Assembly (NCBI GenBank): GCA_031414595.1
Contig: JANNVX010000096.1
Span: forward strand, 1 to 11,449
Source of the DNA: Deinococcales bacterium
Lineage (GTDB): Bacteria; Deinococcota; Deinococci; Deinococcales; JAAFIG01
Length of the DNA stretch: 11,449 nucleotides
Direction of reading: 5' to 3'
Shown here piece by piece: positions 8,664-11,449 of the stretch (position 1 is the stretch's first letter; each line of letters starts with the position of its first letter). The notes under the pieces are model-generated. The model ran no database searches and had not been told where the DNA came from. It was given only the letters and a program-made list of their open reading frames with translations. The translations under genes were made by a program, and so were the position numbers.

Positions 8664-9445
8664 TCTATATCACCCCTTGCGATAATTTCTTTTCCTAATT
8701 CTAATAACTCAAACAGAATTTCTAATTGCTGTGGTGGTTCAAACAACTGCGTACCAGCTGTTGGGTCGGTATTAATATCAATTCCCACTCTGACAAAATA
8801 GCTATTTACTTCAAAAGATGTAGAGGCAGGAAGACTTTTCCATTGCACATTTGTGGTGACTGCCCCCCACTCCGCAAGGCGATTGAGTGAGAGAGTAGGA
8901 ATCACGGTTGATTGTCTCTTTCTGTTAATTATATATGAAAAATCGCTTGAACGTGAGGCATCTAGTTTTACCCAAGGTTTTAGCAGTTCGTTTAGTTGTT
9001 CGTAAGCCACTTCTCTGTTATCGGTCTTTAGAAAGAAAGCACCCCCAAGAGCCAATCGAGATGCTTTTGGCGAAGTATCGTGTATAGACTTTCTCAAGCA
9101 TTCAGAGAGTATTGGCATAATCATCGGAGCAAAACCTACTACAGGTACAGCAATAGTAGCTGAAAGTTTTGTGTTTGGCATAAATTGCCAAGTGTAGTCA
9201 AAAGGGCGAACTAACAAAGAAAGTCTCGTATCCTCATCTATATCACCTAACGCCTGATGTTGAGGAATTCCATGAATTTTGGTTTGGCTAGTTGAATCTG
9301 CTTCTTTTTGAGTAACGTCCGACCACCACGTATTGACATTTGTATTGTTTAGATCCAACGGTTCTTGTGGAAAAATTGTCCATCTGAGATGTTCAACTAT
9401 CCATTCTGGGTTTGCTTGCCACGTGGTTGCTATATCAATATTCAT
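8660..9445 (-). CDS. Hypothetical protein, TIGR04255-like
   Basis: 261-aa ORF with AAGGT RBS. SRLALGG mid-protein and VRVGIDINT followed by a terminal helix recall TIGR04255-type proteins (R-I/L-G-L ... L-D-I-D). The ORF is secure; the family call is tentative. Confidence 0.55.
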   Translation of the reverse strand: MNIDIATTWQANPEWIVEHLRWTIFPQEPLDLNNTNVNTWWSDVTQKEADSTSQTKIHGIPQHQALGDIDEDTRLSLLVRPFDYTWQFMPNTKLSATIAVPVVGFAPMIMPILSECLRKSIHDTSPKASRLALGGAFFLKTDNREVAYEQLNELLKPWVKLDASRSSDFSYIINRKRQSTVIPTLSLNRLAEWGAVTTNVQWKSLPASTSFEVNSYFVRVGIDINTDPTAGTQLFEPPQQLEILFELLELGKEIIARGDIE

Positions 9446-9586
9446 AAATTAACCTTGCGTTCCTACAGGTATCAAAATCCTGTATCTTTTATCTAAGTAA
9501 ACTTTTTTTCTAACCTAATTTAAACAAGCGTACCACATTTTAAAATACATGATGATAGTATATGCGTCTTTCATGAATTAATTTTG

Positions 9587-9627
9587 AATTAAGTATACAA
9601 AAACTTTTGATTCTTGTATACTTAATT
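9587..9627. promoter_or_regulatory. 14-bp inverted repeat carrying a TATACT -10 box on each strand
   Basis: AATTAAGTATACAA (9587-9600), 13-nt spacer, TTGTATACTTAATT (9614-9627). The plus-strand TATACT (9617-9622) is 6 nt before GTG 9629. Confidence 0.7.
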
Positions 9628-9628
9628 T

Positions 9629-10075
9629 GTGAATAAATATAGACACCGAGTAAAACAAAAAGTCGAGCAAAAGCCCTCATTAGTTGTTATTGAAACATTC
9701 AAGAATGATGTTGCTAATGGTAAAATAAATTTACAGTTTGTAGAAAAGATGCGAAATACTCTAAATATACCCGTTGAAATTTACTTAGGCTTTTTGCAAG
9801 GTACTGAAACACTCGAACAAAAGACTATTCAATTATTGGAAAAAGAACTGAAATTGATGCAATTAGAATCAAAAAGTGAAGCCTCAAAAAAACCACGAGG
9901 TGGTCTCCGTATTCGTGCAGGACGTAAACCAGAAGGAAATGTATCTAAATTAGTCCGAATAACAGCGCTTCCACTTGAAATGAAACAAATTGAGCGTTGG
10001 ATTCGTCAATCGCCTCGAGCATCAAAACAATTGGCAAACTTAATTTTGAGAGATATAACAAAGAACTCGATATGA
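9629..10075 (+). CDS. Basic hypothetical protein, probable DNA-binding regulator
   Basis: Leaderless GTG start. KKPRGGLRIRAGRKP (RGGxRxxAGRK motif) is followed by an RHH-like strand-helix-helix segment. Confidence 0.65.
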   Translation: MNKYRHRVKQKVEQKPSLVVIETFKNDVANGKINLQFVEKMRNTLNIPVEIYLGFLQGTETLEQKTIQLLEKELKLMQLESKSEASKKPRGGLRIRAGRKPEGNVSKLVRITALPLEMKQIERWIRQSPRASKQLANLILRDITKNSI

Positions 10076-10117
10076 ATTTCGGGTATAGTTCACGAACTCG
10101 TGTTCTAACTTTTAAGT

Positions 10118-10159
10118 AACACAAAAACCCCCAAGCCATGACTAGGGGATTTTCTCGAG
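10118..10159. terminator. Hairpin repeat copy 1, probable intrinsic terminator
   Basis: AACACAAAAACCCCCAAGCCATGACTAGGGGATTTTCTCGAG, about 40 nt after the stop of 9629-10075; homologous to 11081-11121. Confidence 0.55.
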
Positions 10160-10266
10160 ACTAACATTTTAATCGTCGCCAGCAGGGGCTTGTATTTGTG
10201 CGCTGCCGCTTTGGGCTAAGCGCGTGGCACAGTCGTTGCCCTCGAGAATTGGGCTATACTTTGCTC

Positions 10267-10581
10267 GTGCCTGATGCTTTTGATTTTTCAACAAGCGAAA
10301 TTCTTGATTGGGAGTTGCAGCGTATCCATACAGCTTTAATTCGAGAAGAAATTGACATTACCGACCATGCCCGAAAAGCGGCTCGAGATGACCAAATTAG
10401 CCCCGTAGATTTATTGGCGGCGGTACTTATTGGGGTTGCAGTCAGTAAGGATTTGCCCGATAATCTCTTAAAGCGAGTGGCTGGAATTAATTTTGAGCAT
10501 CGTTTGCATGATGGGCGTTGGATTCGGGTTAAGGTGGCTTTTATCAACAATTACGCAATTATTACGGCGTACAAAATCTGA
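10267..10581 (+). CDS. DUF4258-like putative toxin (intact)
   Basis: ITDHARKAARDDQIS...IIT-A-Y terminal motif. Start reassigned to GTG 10267 from TATACT at 10255-10260 and the alignment with the paralog at 138-428. Confidence 0.75.
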   Translation: MPDAFDFSTSEILDWELQRIHTALIREEIDITDHARKAARDDQISPVDLLAAVLIGVAVSKDLPDNLLKRVAGINFEHRLHDGRWIRVKVAFINNYAIITAYKI

Positions 10582-10592
10582 GGTGAAACACC

Positions 10593-10814
10593 ATGACGTT
10601 AATTGCTAACGAAACACGCACCACCAACGAATACACCACCAAAGATGGTGTGAAGGTCGTTATTCATAATGTGCCAACAAAATTTCTTAAAGACGAATTC
10701 GGCACGGAGTATGAAGCGCACAGTATTGCAGTTGCCATGCGTCTCGAGGAATTAACCAACAAGGCTTTGAAAATTAGTGCTGTTTCGGGAACGATTCACG
10801 AACTCGAGTTTTAG
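10593..10814 (+). CDS. YgiT/MqsA-N-like small protein, putative antitoxin partner of the DUF4258-like gene
   Basis: RBS GAGGTG. EYTTKDGVKVVIHNVP motif is typical of YgiT-type proteins, but there are no cysteines. Confidence 0.65.
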   Translation: MTLIANETRTTNEYTTKDGVKVVIHNVPTKFLKDEFGTEYEAHSIAVAMRLEELTNKALKISAVSGTIHELEF

Positions 10815-10853
10815 AATTCTCAAAATCGCATTGGTGTCCACCAGAACTTTCAT
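10752..10853 (-). pseudogene. PIN/VapC toxin 5' stub
   Basis: ATG at 10853 overlaps the antitoxin TGA and reads MKVLVDTNAILRIL, the PIN first-strand DTN motif. It then runs into the antisense strand of the convergent gene and stops at 10752-10754 (33 aa). Confidence 0.7.
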
Positions 10854-11053
10854 TTCCACTCGGCTTTAAGGATTTCTTCGTCTCGAACTGATAAGGCACT
10901 GTTAGACGCGCCAATACCAACCCAATCTGGGATTTTTATGTAGGCTTTAATTGCCTCGAGAATAACTTCTGTTTCGCTGCGGTGCTGAAGCTGCGCTAGG
11001 TGAGCTATGCGTTGCTCAAGTTCATTCTCGAGTGTGACCACTAGGTTTTTCAT
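10850..11053 (-). CDS. CopG/ribbon-helix-helix antitoxin (VapB-like)
   Basis: MKNLVVTLENELEQRIAHLAQLQHRSETEVILEAIKAY...GIGASNSALSVRDEEIL. Start reassigned to ATG 11053 with TATACT 6 nt upstream. Confidence 0.8.
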   Translation of the reverse strand: MKNLVVTLENELEQRIAHLAQLQHRSETEVILEAIKAYIKIPDWVGIGASNSALSVRDEEILKAEWK

Positions 11054-11080
11054 GTAAAAAGTATAGCAGTGTTGTCCAAA

Positions 11081-11121
11081 AACACAAAAACCCTCAAGCC
11101 AAAACTTGGGGGTTTCTCGAG
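11081..11121. repeat. Hairpin repeat copy 2
   Basis: AACACAAAAACCCTCAAGCCAAAACTTGGGGGTTTCTCGAG, same orientation as 10118-10159. Confidence 0.6.
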
Positions 11122-11226
11122 GCTCGAGTACCTTCTTGCCAAGAATCATCTTTACTTTAAGCCAATTAACCCATGAGTCAATTATATTTTTCCTGCTATA
11201 CTCGTGGCTCGAGAAGGTGGTTTTGT

Positions 11227-11312
11227 ATGCAATTTGAAAAAGAAGCAGCCGTCAGCGCCCTGCTTTATATTTCAGAACGGGTTCGTCTTGCAACGTATCA
11301 CCGTATCGCTAA
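11227..11312 (+). pseudogene. Panacea/DUF4065 (SocA-like) antitoxin 5' fragment interrupted by the IS
   Basis: TATACT at 11197-11202, RBS AAGGTGG, then MQFEKEAAVSALLYISERVRLATYHRIAK, which resembles Panacea N-termini just before the K-L-L-Y-F-A-D motif. The sequence switches to IS DNA exactly there. Confidence 0.6.
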
Positions 11313-11449
11313 GGATTTGTCCCAGAATAACTTCCCGATTTCAAGAATAGTGTCATTCGGTTCTCGGTTTGGTAAAGTCATTTGAATGCAGACCTACTCA
11401 CTAAAAGTCAAAAATATGATGTTACGGCTGTACCAGTCACTTAATGAAC
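11313..11449 (+). mobile_element. Left end of an ISAzo13-family-like insertion sequence (partial); transposase start at 11386
   Basis: Identical to the reverse complement of 1-137 and preceded by TAA (11310-11312). ATG 11386 opens MQTYSLKVKNMMLRLYQSLNE, open to the window end, with TAAAGT 7 nt upstream. Confidence 0.75.

Noticed and set aside
9945-10550. Minus-strand ORFs 9945-10139 and 10254-10550
   Set aside because: Antisense to better-supported genes.
375-11213. CTCGAG sites as a CRISPR or tandem array, or as a cloning artefact
   Set aside because: Spacing is irregular, flanks differ, and most sites sit in frame within intact genes.
10198-11226. Longer ORF-track starts at 10198, 11149 and 11173 (also 443, 2417 and 6520)
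   Set aside because: The extensions run through promoter or hairpin DNA. Downstream starts fit -10 or RBS spacing and family N-termini better.
6538-11312. Integron cassette array
   Set aside because: No integrase, no recurring attC-like structure after each gene, and mixed gene orientations.
1-11449. Whole window as a linear plasmid/phage or single transposon with terminal inverted repeats
   Set aside because: The repeats contain an outward-reading transposase start and cut host genes at their inner edges. No replication, structural or internal transposase genes are present.

Overview
An accessory region, probably a whole contig, bounded by an exact 138-bp inverted repeat (1-138 / 11312-11449). 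The repeat is the left end plus transposase start of two outward-facing copies of an ISAzo13-like IS, each inserted into a toxin-antitoxin (TA) gene. Inside, from left to right: an IS-disrupted DUF4258-like gene; a standalone P-loop ATPase behind a 41-bp palindrome; a five-gene operon (small peptide, tandem GNAT, M48 peptidase, XRE regulator, membrane protein) with a consensus promoter and paired operators; an NADPH:quinone oxidoreductase; and a series of TA modules in which toxin genes are reduced to stubs (HNH with internal deletion, PIN/VapC of about 11-14 codons, orphan AbrB). The most interesting element is a compact AT-rich three-gene operon (7413-9445, minus): a TIGR04255-like protein, an unknown 189-aa protein and a permuted papain-like (NlpC/P60) enzyme. 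It shares a palindromic back-to-back promoter with a divergent DNA-binding protein and is a candidate undescribed defence/TA-like system. Two window-wide signals are about 47 copies of CTCGAG (hand count), absent from 7398-10013, and a TANNNT box 5-8 nt before many start codons (leaderless genes, suggesting a Deinococcota-like host). All family calls come from motif recognition by eye, not from database searches.
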